In this document: one piece after another, positions 18,954 through 27,780 of the stretch
Position numbering within the stretch: position 1 is the stretch's first letter
Layout of the letters: each line of letters starts with the position of its first letter
Origin: Oceanispirochaeta sp.
GTDB lineage: Bacteria > Spirochaetota > Spirochaetia > DSM-2461
DNA length: 64,000 nucleotides
Reading direction: 5' to 3'
NCBI GenBank assembly: GCA_963666275.2
Contig: CAXXOA010000001.1
Location: 768,001-832,000, forward strand
Position numbers and translations under genes: made by a program
The notes under the pieces: generated by a model
Told to the model about the DNA's origin: nothing
Databases searched by the model: none
The model's input: the letters and a program-made list of their open reading frames with translations, nothing else

Positions 18954-20303
18954 TCAGGCAGAAGCGGTCAGTTTCCGGATATAGTAGTGATTCAGAATAT
19001 TGCATACCGGTCCCATCACTGCATAGGAAATGGGAAGAGCCAGGAATATTCCTGTGATTCCCCAGAACCGGGAGCCCAGGAGTGCCAGGGGGATATAGAT
19101 CCCGAACATCTGAAGCAGATTCAGAAGAGCCGACTCCAGGGGTTTTTTCAGCACATTCATGGTCGTCACAGCTATGAGCATCATTCCCTGAAGACCATAG
19201 GCCAGAGGTACCAGACGGATATAGAGAAGAGCCGTTTCCAGTACCATAGGATCGCTGTTGAAGAGCCTTATCACAGGTTTGCCCAGCGCCAGAAGGAGAA
19301 GATACATTCCCGCTCCGTAAAGGAGGGAAAACCGGTTGGCCCTGTTGAGCCCTCTGTTGACCCTGCCAGTCTGACCGGCCCCCCAGTTCTGTCCGACAAA
19401 GATAGGAAGCACCGTAACCATAGCCTGAATCAGTACCAGAGCAAACATCTCAATCCGGGATGCCACACCGAATCCCGCCACGGCTTCCCGTCCGAACGAG
19501 GCGATCAGGCTTGTTATGATTCCCGCCCCCAGGGGGATTATCAGTTTTGAGAGGATATTGGGGAGTCCCACATAGAGGATCTCATGCCAGGCGGAAAATA
19601 TTTTAGACAGGCTTGCGTTTCTGAAGGATATAACCTTTTCCCTGTGGATAAGGATAAAAAGGGTTACGACTAGTGTCACAATCCTGGACAGAACCGTGGA
19701 AAGAGCCGCCCCGGCTACCCCCATGGCGGGGAAAGGACCCAGGCCGAATATAAGAACCGGATCCATGATGGCATTGATAATGGCGGCTATAATCATCACT
19801 CTGGCAGGAGTTTTCGTATCTCCCAGGCCGCGGATGGCAGAATTTCCCGTCATGGGGATAATAACTGTCATGACAGCCCAGTACCAGATTTCCATATACT
19901 CTCTTATGGGCACCAGAGTGGCACTGTCCGCTCCCAGCATGGTAAAGACAGCGCCAATGGTAAGCTGTCCTGTGAGGGACACAATGGCCGCAATCCCTAT
20001 GGCCAGAAGAAGCCCCCAGGTGATAAGGTTGGTCAATGCTTCTTTATCCTGCCGACCGGCAGCTTTGGAGACTGCCGCGGTTAAACCGACTCCCAGTCCC
20101 AGGGCTATGCTGGAAACGGTCATAACCACAGGAAAAGTGAAGGACAGAGCCGCCAGTTCCTTTGTTCCCAGACGGCCGACAAAATAGGTATCTACAAGGT
20201 TGAATATGATCATTCCCAGGATACCCAGAACCATGGGGCCCGTGAGCCTTGCCAGGACAAGGCTTTCTCTATCCTTTGTGATCATTTCCCTGTTTTTATT
20301 CAT
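18954..20303 (-). CDS. MATE family efflux transporter
   Basis: NLVDTYFVGRLG, RGLGDTKTP, MGVAGAALST, GQNWGAG. Confidence 0.93.
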   Translation of the reverse strand: MNKNREMITKDRESLVLARLTGPMVLGILGMIIFNLVDTYFVGRLGTKELAALSFTFPVVMTVSSIALGLGVGLTAAVSKAAGRQDKEALTNLITWGLLLAIGIAAIVSLTGQLTIGAVFTMLGADSATLVPIREYMEIWYWAVMTVIIPMTGNSAIRGLGDTKTPARVMIIAAIINAIMDPVLIFGLGPFPAMGVAGAALSTVLSRIVTLVVTLFILIHREKVISFRNASLSKIFSAWHEILYVGLPNILSKLIIPLGAGIITSLIASFGREAVAGFGVASRIEMFALVLIQAMVTVLPIFVGQNWGAGQTGRVNRGLNRANRFSLLYGAGMYLLLLALGKPVIRLFNSDPMVLETALLYIRLVPLAYGLQGMMLIAVTTMNVLKKPLESALLNLLQMFGIYIPLALLGSRFWGITGIFLALPISYAVMGPVCNILNHYYIRKLTASA

Positions 20304-20746
20304 ATATTTCTCCTGTTATGCTCAATATGATCGGTTAAGTTGAGAAACATCTTTTCCAGAGACTGAAAGGTCCTTTCGACTTCTTCTCTGTCCATTCCCT
20401 TTCCCAGAATTTCCGTAATTCCCTTCATTATGGCATTGGTCCGCGGGAGAATCTCCTCTCCCTTTTCTGTAAGGTACAGCCGGTGACACCTTTTGTCATT
20501 CCGGTCCAGTTCCATCCGTATATATCCCAGATCCAGCAGCTTCTTGACAGCTTTGGCCGTGGTGGCTTTATCAATCAGAAGTTTGTTGCTTAATTCTTTT
20601 TGTGTTAATCCCTTATTTTTAGAGATGTGATGAAAGAACAGGCATTGGCCGCTGCCGAATCCCAGGGAAGAAAACTCCTGGTTCATATGTATCTGGAGAT
20701 GCCTGTAAATGATGGATACCGCATGACCCAGTGACTTGTTTTTCAT
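20300..20746 (-). CDS. MarR family regulator
   Basis: TQKELS..IDKATTAKAVKKL, DKR..LYLTEKG. Confidence 0.93.
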   Translation of the reverse strand: MKNKSLGHAVSIIYRHLQIHMNQEFSSLGFGSGQCLFFHHISKNKGLTQKELSNKLLIDKATTAKAVKKLLDLGYIRMELDRNDKRCHRLYLTEKGEEILPRTNAIMKGITEILGKGMDREEVERTFQSLEKMFLNLTDHIEHNRRNI

Positions 20747-20811
20747 TCCTGTTCTTCTCCTTATCCCTCAATATTTCCCCTGCCGGGAGAGGCTGCATTC
20801 AAATCTGGTAA

Positions 20812-20866
20812 ATAGATGGTCATCGCAACTGATTTTTTATCAAAATAGTAGGTTATGGCAACTAAT
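20812..20866. promoter_or_regulatory. Two imperfect TAGTTG..CAACTA-like boxes (putative MarR operators)
   Basis: atagatggtcatcgcaactgat (20812-20833) and atagtaggttatggcaactaat (20845-20866). Confidence 0.45.
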
Positions 20867-20904
20867 TCAAGAAGGGAGAGGAAAAAAATCCCCCAGAATC
20901 TGTA

Positions 20905-20933
20905 TTGACAAAAAAAATCTTCCCCGCTAATGT
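20905..20933 (+). promoter_or_regulatory. Promoter of rib operon
   Basis: ttgaca-17-taatgt. Confidence 0.6.
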
Positions 20934-20948
20934 TTCTTCAAAACATGA

Positions 20949-21074
20949 ATCTTCGGGGCAGGGTGAGTCTTTTAAAGGCAATTCCCTACCGGCGGTGAAA
21001 GCCCGCGAGTCAGCGCAAGCTGATTGAACTGGTGTAATTCCAGTGCCGACGGTATAGTCCGGACGAGAGAAGAT
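20949..21074 (+). ncRNA. FMN riboswitch (RFN element)
   Basis: atcttcggggcagggtga..attccctaccggcggt..agcccgcga..gccgacggtatagtccggacgagagaagat, upstream of ribD. Confidence 0.95.
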
Positions 21075-21095
21075 AAACGTAAAGTGGATAACCAT

Positions 21096-21131
21096 GCCCC
21101 GGACAGGTCCAATCTGTTCGGGGTTTTTTTT
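21096..21131 (+). terminator. Riboswitch expression-platform terminator
   Basis: gccccggacag..ctgttcggggt followed by a T run. Confidence 0.8.
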
Positions 21132-21219
21132 ATCTGTTCCGGTATTGCCGGATTTGGATAAAATCCTCATTTGCTTTTCTTTTTTTGCGTCACAGCCCCG
21201 TTTCCGGGGAGGAATTTTG

Positions 21220-22332
21220 ATGCATTCATCAGATGAACACTATATGCACAGAGCTCTGAATCTTGCCGCGAAAGGGGAGGGTCGGGTACTTCCGAATCCC
21301 ATGGTAGGGGCCGTTATTGTCCGGGATGGAAAAATCCTGGGAGAAGGATATCACGCCCGGTACGGGGGCATTCATGCGGAGGTGGCGGCTCTCCGGGACT
21401 GCGGGGAAAAGCCCTCGGGAGCAACTCTGTTTGTGACCCTGGAGCCCTGCTGCCACAGGGGGGCGGGGAAGCACAATCCTCCCTGTACGGAGGCCATACT
21501 CGGTTCGGGAATCCGCCGGGTAGTGATTGCCCGTCCTGATCCGAACCGTAAGGTTTCCGGCAGGGGAATCAGAGTTCTCAGAGATCACGGCATTGAGGTG
21601 AACACAGGGGTTCTGGAAAAAGAAGCTGCCGGTCTTAACAGGGTCTACGAAGTGATGATCCGGGAAGAGAGGCCCTATGTGCATCTGAAGGCTGCTGTTT
21701 CTCTGGACGGGTTTCTGGCGGCGGCAGACGGCACATCCAGATGGATCAGCGGCAGTGAATCCCGGGAGAAGGTTATGCAGTTCCGCCGGCATTCCGACGG
21801 TATCCTGACAGGAAGGGGGACTCTCTATGCAGATCTTCCCTCCCTGACCGTCCGGGAGGGGAATGAAGATATTCCCGGGGAGTTCCAGCCGGCTCGAATC
21901 TTTCTGAGTTCCCGGGGAACTTTACCCGGAAACTGGCGGAAAAAGGGCGGACCCGTATTCCTGTACCACAGTCAGAACCACAGTTCAGTTGGTTCTGTAG
22001 ATCCTCAGGTGCATTTTAAACCTGTACCGGAGGATTCCGAAGGCCTGTCGGTTTCTCATATTCTCAAGGATCTTCACAGTCAGAAAATCTACAGACTTCT
22101 TGTGGAAGGAGGTTCCCGGGTGTATGGCTCTTTCCTGCGCAGAGGACTCTGGGACAGACTGACCCTTTTTGTCGCTCCTGTGCTGCTGGGCAGGGGGGTC
22201 CCCTTTTCCGACGGCCTGGAGATCCCGTCCATTGCCTCTAAGCTGCATCTGCAGGATGTATCCTCCTCTGTGAGCGGCAAGGACCTTATGGTGGATGGTT
22301 ACAGGGAGGAGATCAGATGTTTACCGGCCTGA
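21220..22332 (+). CDS. ribD: Riboflavin deaminase/reductase
   Basis: PNPMVGA, HAE, TLEPC..PPC, VEGG; start at ATG 21220 after ggagg. Confidence 0.95.
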   Translation: MHSSDEHYMHRALNLAAKGEGRVLPNPMVGAVIVRDGKILGEGYHARYGGIHAEVAALRDCGEKPSGATLFVTLEPCCHRGAGKHNPPCTEAILGSGIRRVVIARPDPNRKVSGRGIRVLRDHGIEVNTGVLEKEAAGLNRVYEVMIREERPYVHLKAAVSLDGFLAAADGTSRWISGSESREKVMQFRRHSDGILTGRGTLYADLPSLTVREGNEDIPGEFQPARIFLSSRGTLPGNWRKKGGPVFLYHSQNHSSVGSVDPQVHFKPVPEDSEGLSVSHILKDLHSQKIYRLLVEGGSRVYGSFLRRGLWDRLTLFVAPVLLGRGVPFSDGLEIPSIASKLHLQDVSSSVSGKDLMVDGYREEIRCLPA

Positions 22333-22946
22333 TTCAGAATCTGGGACGTCTGGAGGGACGGAGGTCCATACCAGGCGGGGAACTCCTGAGAATCCGTCAC
22401 GGCTTTAAAGAGCCCCTGGCTGAAGGAGCTTCGGTGGCAGTGAACGGGGTATGCCTGACTGTCACGGAAGACAGAAACGCTGTGTTCTCCGCCGAGTGCT
22501 ATTACGAAACAATCCGGAAGACGGCACTTCCTTTCCTGAAAACGGGAGATCCCATCAATCTGGAGCCGGCTCTGGCTGTGAACGGGATACTGGAAGGACA
22601 TCTGGTACAGGGGCATGTCTCCGCGGTGGTCCGGGTGGTGCAGGCTGTCAAAAAGGGCCGGGGACTGAAACTGACGGTTTCACTGCCGGAGAACCGTAAG
22701 GGTCTTATACAGGAAGGATCTGTGGCTCTGGACGGAGTGAGTCTAACCATCGCCTCTCTCGGTGCTGACCGCCTGTCGGTACAGCTCATCGGAGAGACTC
22801 TGGAAAGGACAACACTGCAGTTCCGCAAGCCCGGTGATCCTGTGAATCTTGAAAGCGATCTTCTCCTGCGGGGACAGCAGGAACAGATAGAACAGAAAAA
22901 AGAAACATTGACAATGGGCCGTCTGGCTCAATGGGGGTATGTATGA
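22317..22946 (+). CDS. ribE: Riboflavin synthase
   Basis: MFTGL, SVAVNGVCLT, GHLVQGHV, GSVALDGVSLT. Confidence 0.95.
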   Translation: MFTGLIQNLGRLEGRRSIPGGELLRIRHGFKEPLAEGASVAVNGVCLTVTEDRNAVFSAECYYETIRKTALPFLKTGDPINLEPALAVNGILEGHLVQGHVSAVVRVVQAVKKGRGLKLTVSLPENRKGLIQEGSVALDGVSLTIASLGADRLSVQLIGETLERTTLQFRKPGDPVNLESDLLLRGQQEQIEQKKETLTMGRLAQWGYV

Positions 22947-24169
22947 AATCCGTGAAATTAACAGTGGAAGAAGCGATCCGGATCATTGCCGACGGGGGAA
23001 TGATCATTATGACCGATGATGAAAACAGGGAGAACGAGGGGGATCTGGTGGGTGCGCTCCGTTATGCGGAACCTGATATGGTGAACTTTATGGCTTCCCG
23101 GGCTAAGGGGCTCATCTGCTGCGCCCTGGAGGAGAGTCTCTGCCGGAGAGCCGGTCTGGCTCCTCTTGATACCAATGCGGGGCCCGATGCAATTCACGGG
23201 ACGAAGTTCTGTACTCCCATAGATGCCATTGAAGGGTGCAGTACCGGAATCAGTGCCCATGACCGGTCGGTGACCCTGAAAAGGCTTGTGTCTGATAACT
23301 GCCAACCGGAAGATTTCGCCCGTCCGGGGCATATGTTTCCCTGTATGGAAGCCCAGGGGGGGCTGAAAGCCCGGCAGGGGCATACGGAAGCCACTGTGGA
23401 ACTCTGCCGTCAGGCCGGCCTGGAGGGGGCCGCTGCCATCTGCGAGATCATGGATGATGACGGCACAATGGCCCGGTGGGACCGTCTGAATGAAATGGCC
23501 CGGGAATGGGGTCTTGGGATTCTGACGATTGCGGATCTGATGGCCTGGCTGGAAAAAAAAGAAGAGGCCCAGGCGGCGCCTGTACGGCTTCCCACAGAAG
23601 ATGGACTTTTCCGGATGGACTTTCCCCAACCGGCGGAAGAAGACTCCAGTACCGGAGGGGATCATGTCTGTCTGATCAGAAAGAGCGATGATGCCGATTC
23701 CAAACCCCATCCGGAGGGCCCTCTGGTAAGGATCCACTCGGAATGCCTGACAGGGGATCTTTTCGGTTCACTGCGATGCGACTGCGGTCGCCAGCTGGAA
23801 GAGTCCAGGAATCTGATCGCCCGTGAGGATGAGGGGTATCTGATATACCTTCGTCAGGAAGGACGGGGCATCGGGTTGAAAGCGAAAGCCGCCGCCTATC
23901 ATCTCCAGGATCAGGGACTGGATACACTGGAAGCCAATCTCCGTCTGGGGTACGAAGAGGACCTGAGAAGCTATAAAACAGCAGCCCGGTATCTGAAAAA
24001 GAAGGGAATAGACAGGATCCGTCTGCTCACTAACAATCCCGATAAAATTGAACAGATGGAAAAAGAGGGGTTCTGTGTGACCCGGGTGCCTCTGATTATT
24101 GAATCCCACAGAGAAAATGAATTCTATATGAAAACCAAACAGGAAAAAATGGGCCATCTGTCGGCCTGA
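22943..24169 (+). CDS. ribBA: DHBP synthase / GTP cyclohydrolase II
   Basis: DDENRENEGD, GHTE, RIHSECLTGD..RCDCG, QEGRGIG, LTNNP. Confidence 0.95.
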   Translation: MKSVKLTVEEAIRIIADGGMIIMTDDENRENEGDLVGALRYAEPDMVNFMASRAKGLICCALEESLCRRAGLAPLDTNAGPDAIHGTKFCTPIDAIEGCSTGISAHDRSVTLKRLVSDNCQPEDFARPGHMFPCMEAQGGLKARQGHTEATVELCRQAGLEGAAAICEIMDDDGTMARWDRLNEMAREWGLGILTIADLMAWLEKKEEAQAAPVRLPTEDGLFRMDFPQPAEEDSSTGGDHVCLIRKSDDADSKPHPEGPLVRIHSECLTGDLFGSLRCDCGRQLEESRNLIAREDEGYLIYLRQEGRGIGLKAKAAAYHLQDQGLDTLEANLRLGYEEDLRSYKTAARYLKKKGIDRIRLLTNNPDKIEQMEKEGFCVTRVPLIIESHRENEFYMKTKQEKMGHLSA

Positions 24170-24199
24170 ACGATATACTGACAAGGAGATTATAAGAGT

Positions 24200-24682
24200 A
24201 TGAGTGAAATGGAAAGAGTTATAGAAGGGCAGTTAAATGGAGAAGGTCTGAAATTCACCCTTGTGGTGAGCCGTTTCAATGATCTGATTACCTCCCGTCT
24301 GGAAGGGGGAGCTCTTGACTGTCTGGTCCGTCACGGGGTCAAACGGAAGGATCTTAAGATATTGCGGGTTCCGGGAGCTTTTGAGGTTCCTCTGGCTGCA
24401 GGATGGGCGGCGGAAGAAAAACCCGACGGGGTGATCTGTCTGGGGGCGGTTATCCGGGGAGGGACTCCTCACTTTGATTATGTCTGCGCAGAAGTCTCCA
24501 AAGGTATCGCGGCAGTGACAATGGAGAAAAAACTCCCTGTGGGGTTCGGTATCCTTACCTGTGATACCCTGGAGCAGGCTCTGGAAAGGGCCGGCAGCAA
24601 AGGGGGAAACAAAGGATGGGAAGCCGCCGTTTCCACCCTGGAAATGGCTGTTCTGAAGAAAAATCTTACACAGGAAGTCTAA
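24200..24682 (+). CDS. ribH: Lumazine synthase
   Basis: [28 protein letters not shown]. Confidence 0.97.
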   Translation: MSEMERVIEGQLNGEGLKFTLVVSRFNDLITSRLEGGALDCLVRHGVKRKDLKILRVPGAFEVPLAAGWAAEEKPDGVICLGAVIRGGTPHFDYVCAEVSKGIAAVTMEKKLPVGFGILTCDTLEQALERAGSKGGNKGWEAAVSTLEMAVLKKNLTQEV

Positions 24683-24700
24683 GGTTTTCACAATGCCTTA

Positions 24701-24732
24701 TGAGGCCCTGAATCCGATGGTTCGGGGTTTCA
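24701..24732. terminator. Hairpin between convergent genes
   Basis: tgaggccctgaatc-cgat-ggttcggggtttca. Confidence 0.5.
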
Positions 24733-24744
24733 GAGGGGTTCCTT

Positions 24745-25455
24745 TCAATAGAATGTGATTGTATGGGTTGTGGGAATACTGTTTGCCACCGCAACATCCG
24801 TAACATTCGCCACAGCTGTACTGGAAGCTGTGGCTCCCACATTATTCAGAGTGCCTGTGGTTGTTCCGATGGAAGTCATTCCGGCGTCCAGGACGTCAAA
24901 AGAGACAGTCACCTGGTCAATGGCTACAGCAGCCGTACTGGTAACATGGTAGCTGATTTCGAGCAGGGTGGAGCTTGTTCCCAGAGCCGCCCAGGAGTCC
25001 ACTGTCACAGTAATATCCCCTGCGGTCACGCTGCCTTTGGGGTTAGTGACGATAGAGAAGGCGGCGTTGATCAGGTTGCTCTCATTCCCTTCCGTATCCA
25101 CCGCCTGCAGTTCCAGTGTATAACTGCCCGCGGCAAGGGCTGCCCCGTCTATGACAAATTCCCATGCGGTCCCTTCGTGAATGAAAGTGGATTCGATGGT
25201 ATCGCTGTAGGCTGTATTGCCTGCAGCATCGTAAACCGTCACATCCAGGGATTCCGGATCATCATCCGGATCATCCACAGTCACGGAAATATAAATATCA
25301 TCTCCCAGGTAGACCGTTTCCGAATAGCTTCGAAAGGAGTAACTGGTTATGGAAAAGCCCGATAGTGCAGGATCCTTTCCTGCGGTGCTGTCGCTGATCT
25401 CACAGGACAGAAAAAGAGCGGGCAATAGAAATAGAATCCAGATACACCTGTTCAT
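24745..25455 (-). CDS. Lipoprotein with Ig-like beta-sandwich domains
   Basis: Lipobox-like LFLSC; GSYTLELQAVDTEGNES; Thr/Val-rich. Confidence 0.65.
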   Translation of the reverse strand: MNRCIWILFLLPALFLSCEISDSTAGKDPALSGFSITSYSFRSYSETVYLGDDIYISVTVDDPDDDPESLDVTVYDAAGNTAYSDTIESTFIHEGTAWEFVIDGAALAAGSYTLELQAVDTEGNESNLINAAFSIVTNPKGSVTAGDITVTVDSWAALGTSSTLLEISYHVTSTAAVAIDQVTVSFDVLDAGMTSIGTTTGTLNNVGATASSTAVANVTDVAVANSIPTTHTITFY

Positions 25456-25512
25456 ACATATAATTATACATCCAGTCGAATAATATGCCGGTTTTTTTTA
25501 AAAAAATATGAG

Positions 25513-25730
25513 TTCCCATCGTTTCAGCTCTATTGGGATATGATTTATTTGAGCGCCCGATGGGAAACCTCTCATGTCGCAGCCATCCTGTCTGCTTCCT
25601 GCGAGCCGCCTCCAGGACTATTCCGGCGTCCCTGCCGGAATACGCTCCATGTATTCGCGTCGTCCTTCCGGTTCGATTCCCATCGTTTCAGCTCTATTGG
25701 GATATGATTTATTTGAGCGCCCGATGGGAA
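25513..25730. repeat. Perfect 54-bp direct repeat (25513-25566 and 25677-25730) including the tRNA-Gly 3' end
   Basis: ttcccatcgtttcagctctattgggatatgatttatttgagcgcccgatgggaa occurs twice, period 164 bp. Confidence 0.95.
25567..25676 (-). ncRNA. Candidate GGA-hairpin RNA (CsrB/RsmY-like) in tRNA trailer
   Basis: 8 GGA in about 85 nt, several in loops: gaatac-AUGGAGC-gtattc, tattccggc-AGGGAC-gccggaata, gc-AGGAA-gc, gcagac-AGGAU-ggctgc. Confidence 0.4.
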
Positions 25731-25787
25731 TCGAACCCACGTCTCCAGCTTGGGAAGCTGGGGTAATAGCCATTATACGACGGGCGC
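25716..25787 (-). tRNA. tRNA-Gly(CCC), CCA not encoded
   Basis: Acceptor gcgcccg/cgggcgc, anticodon arm ccagc-ttCCCaa-gctgg, T arm gtggg-ttcgatt-cccat, U discriminator. Confidence 0.95.
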
Positions 25788-25800
25788 TGGTTCAGTATTC

Positions 25801-25829
25801 AGAATAGCCCCTATAATGGAGCAGGTCAA
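25801..25829 (-). promoter_or_regulatory. tRNA promoter
   Basis: ttgacc-17-tattct on minus strand. Confidence 0.65.
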
Positions 25830-25987
25830 ATAATTTTCTTTTTCAGAATGGGTTTTGTAACAGGGAAATCCCGGGATGGTTTTAACTGTAAGTCTGGAAA
25901 TTGCAAAGATTTTCGCATAAATTTCTGTTTTCCATTGTATGCTAATGTTAACGGCGGTCATTTTTTACAGTTTTAAGGTGGATCAGT

Positions 25988-27778
25988 TTGAAGGCATTTA
26001 ATAATGAAATATATCATCACGCCATTATGAATCTTAATCCTGACGGATTTTTTATAATCTCCACAAAAGGGGAAATCCTGGAGGTGAACAATACCTACTG
26101 CCTTATGTCCGGATACTCCCGGGAGGAACTGATCGGTCAGAAGCTTCAAATCCTGGATGATTTCAATATGAAAGACCTGTTAAGCAAATCCCGGAAAGAG
26201 GCGCTCTACAGGGGAGATGCCGTGCGTTTCAACCGTACCCATACAAAGAAGGACGGCTCGGATCTTCCTGTGGAAATCTCCGCCAGATTTGTAGACCCTA
26301 ATGACAGAGAATACCTGGCGGCTTTCTGCAGGGATCTGACTGAAGTCACGCTCTGCCGGGAGAGAATTCAAAAGCAGGATCAGATCATGAACAATCTGTT
26401 TGATCAGATTCCTGCGGCGGCCTATGAGATCCTTTCCTGCCCTGACGGATCCATCAGGATGCCCTTTGCTTCAAAAAACTTCCGGGATCTCTACGGTCTG
26501 AAAAGCGATGTGAATATCACGGAGGATGCCACCATTGCCTTTCAGACTATTCACCCTGAGGATCTGGACCGGGTTATGGCATCCATGAACCAGGCTATCG
26601 AGGATTACAGCTTCTGGAAATGCGACTTCAGAATCTGCCCTCCGGGGAATGATCTCCGCTGGATACGGGGGCAGGCCACACCGCAGAGGCAGAGCGACGG
26701 CTGCATCCTCTGGAGCGGATTTATGATGGATGTGACGGATCTGAAAGAGACCCACCGGAAGCTTGAAGAACTTTCTGCCCGGCAGAACAGCATTATAGAG
26801 GGGACAGGTGCGGGAACCTGGGAGTGGAATGTTCAGACCGGCGAAGTGATCATCAATCCCCGGGGGGCTGAAATCCTGGGGTATTCTCTCAGTGAAATCG
26901 GCAGGGTAGCGTATAAAACTAATATCTGGACTGATATGGCTTATCTGGAGGATCAGGACAAAGTCGTAACGGTCCTGAATGAACATCTGGAGGCAAAGTC
27001 GGATTTTCTGGACCTGGACTGCCGTATGAGGCATAGAAACGGAACTCCCGTCTGGGTGAACATCAGAGGCAAGGTTATCTCCCGGACAGTGGACGGGGAG
27101 CCTCTGTGGATGTATGGAACAACAGCAGACATCAGCAGAAGAAAAAGTCTGGAGCTTGCCATTCAACAGGGGCTGGAAGAGAAACAGATCCTCCTGAAAG
27201 AGCTCAAGCACAGGGTTGTGAACTCCTTTACTGTGATTCACAGTATGATTTCTATTCTTAAATATTCGGAGAATTCGGGCAGGGAAATGTCAGGCCTTGA
27301 AAAGATTGAGAATAAAATATCCTCTATAGCTCTGATGTACGATCTTCTTTATGCAACGGGCAGTGTGAATTCTGTTTCCCTCGATGAGTATCTGCAGAGA
27401 GTTCTGGATACTTTTCCGGAAGACTTCGGAAGGATCACACTGCTTTCCCGGCTGGATCCCCTGGAGATCGGGGTCGATCAGGCCGTGGCTGTGGGTATCA
27501 TTGTGAATGAACTGCTTACCAACTCCTATAAATACGCTTTTCCGGAAAAAGCACAGGGAATGATTCAGGTCACCATGAAAAAAACAGGAGATTCAGTGGA
27601 GGTTTCTGTTTCTGATGACGGGATCGGTTTTGATCTGAAGCAGGTGCAGAATGAAGGTTCCTTCGGTCAGACTATGATTATGGCTCTTTTAAAACAGCTG
27701 AATGCGGAACTGGAAGTTCAGTACAGCAGGGGAACTTTTGTGAAGTTTGAATTTCCTCTGGAGAAAATAGACAGGTAG
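25988..27778 (+). CDS. Cytoplasmic multi-PAS sensor histidine kinase (HisKA_2/HWE-like)
   Basis: Three PAS/PAC domains, ELKHRVVN, NELLTNSYKYAF, DDGIG. Confidence 0.88.
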   Translation: MKAFNNEIYHHAIMNLNPDGFFIISTKGEILEVNNTYCLMSGYSREELIGQKLQILDDFNMKDLLSKSRKEALYRGDAVRFNRTHTKKDGSDLPVEISARFVDPNDREYLAAFCRDLTEVTLCRERIQKQDQIMNNLFDQIPAAAYEILSCPDGSIRMPFASKNFRDLYGLKSDVNITEDATIAFQTIHPEDLDRVMASMNQAIEDYSFWKCDFRICPPGNDLRWIRGQATPQRQSDGCILWSGFMMDVTDLKETHRKLEELSARQNSIIEGTGAGTWEWNVQTGEVIINPRGAEILGYSLSEIGRVAYKTNIWTDMAYLEDQDKVVTVLNEHLEAKSDFLDLDCRMRHRNGTPVWVNIRGKVISRTVDGEPLWMYGTTADISRRKSLELAIQQGLEEKQILLKELKHRVVNSFTVIHSMISILKYSENSGREMSGLEKIENKISSIALMYDLLYATGSVNSVSLDEYLQRVLDTFPEDFGRITLLSRLDPLEIGVDQAVAVGIIVNELLTNSYKYAFPEKAQGMIQVTMKKTGDSVEVSVSDDGIGFDLKQVQNEGSFGQTMIMALLKQLNAELEVQYSRGTFVKFEFPLEKIDR

Positions 27779-27780
27779 AG

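Noticed and set aside
20862..21170. 102-aa minus-strand ORF
   Set aside because: It is the antisense of the FMN riboswitch and promoter.
21094..21219. N-terminal extension of ribD in the ORF track
   Set aside because: It overlaps the riboswitch terminator; the SD supports ATG 21220. Similar over-extensions were trimmed for the LacI gene, citD, the response regulator, tctC, TSUP, the ABC ATPase, icd and the phosphatase.
25513..25730. CRISPR array
   Set aside because: Only two 54-bp repeats with a 110-bp spacer, the repeat contains a tRNA end, and no cas operon is present.
25533..25807. 77-aa ORFs over the tRNA region
   Set aside because: They are antisense to tRNA-Gly and the repeat, with no coding signal.
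25830..25987. GacA-like box driving the GGA-rich RNA
   Set aside because: Only a lone tgtaag half-site with no palindrome, so no evidence links the response regulator to this RNA.
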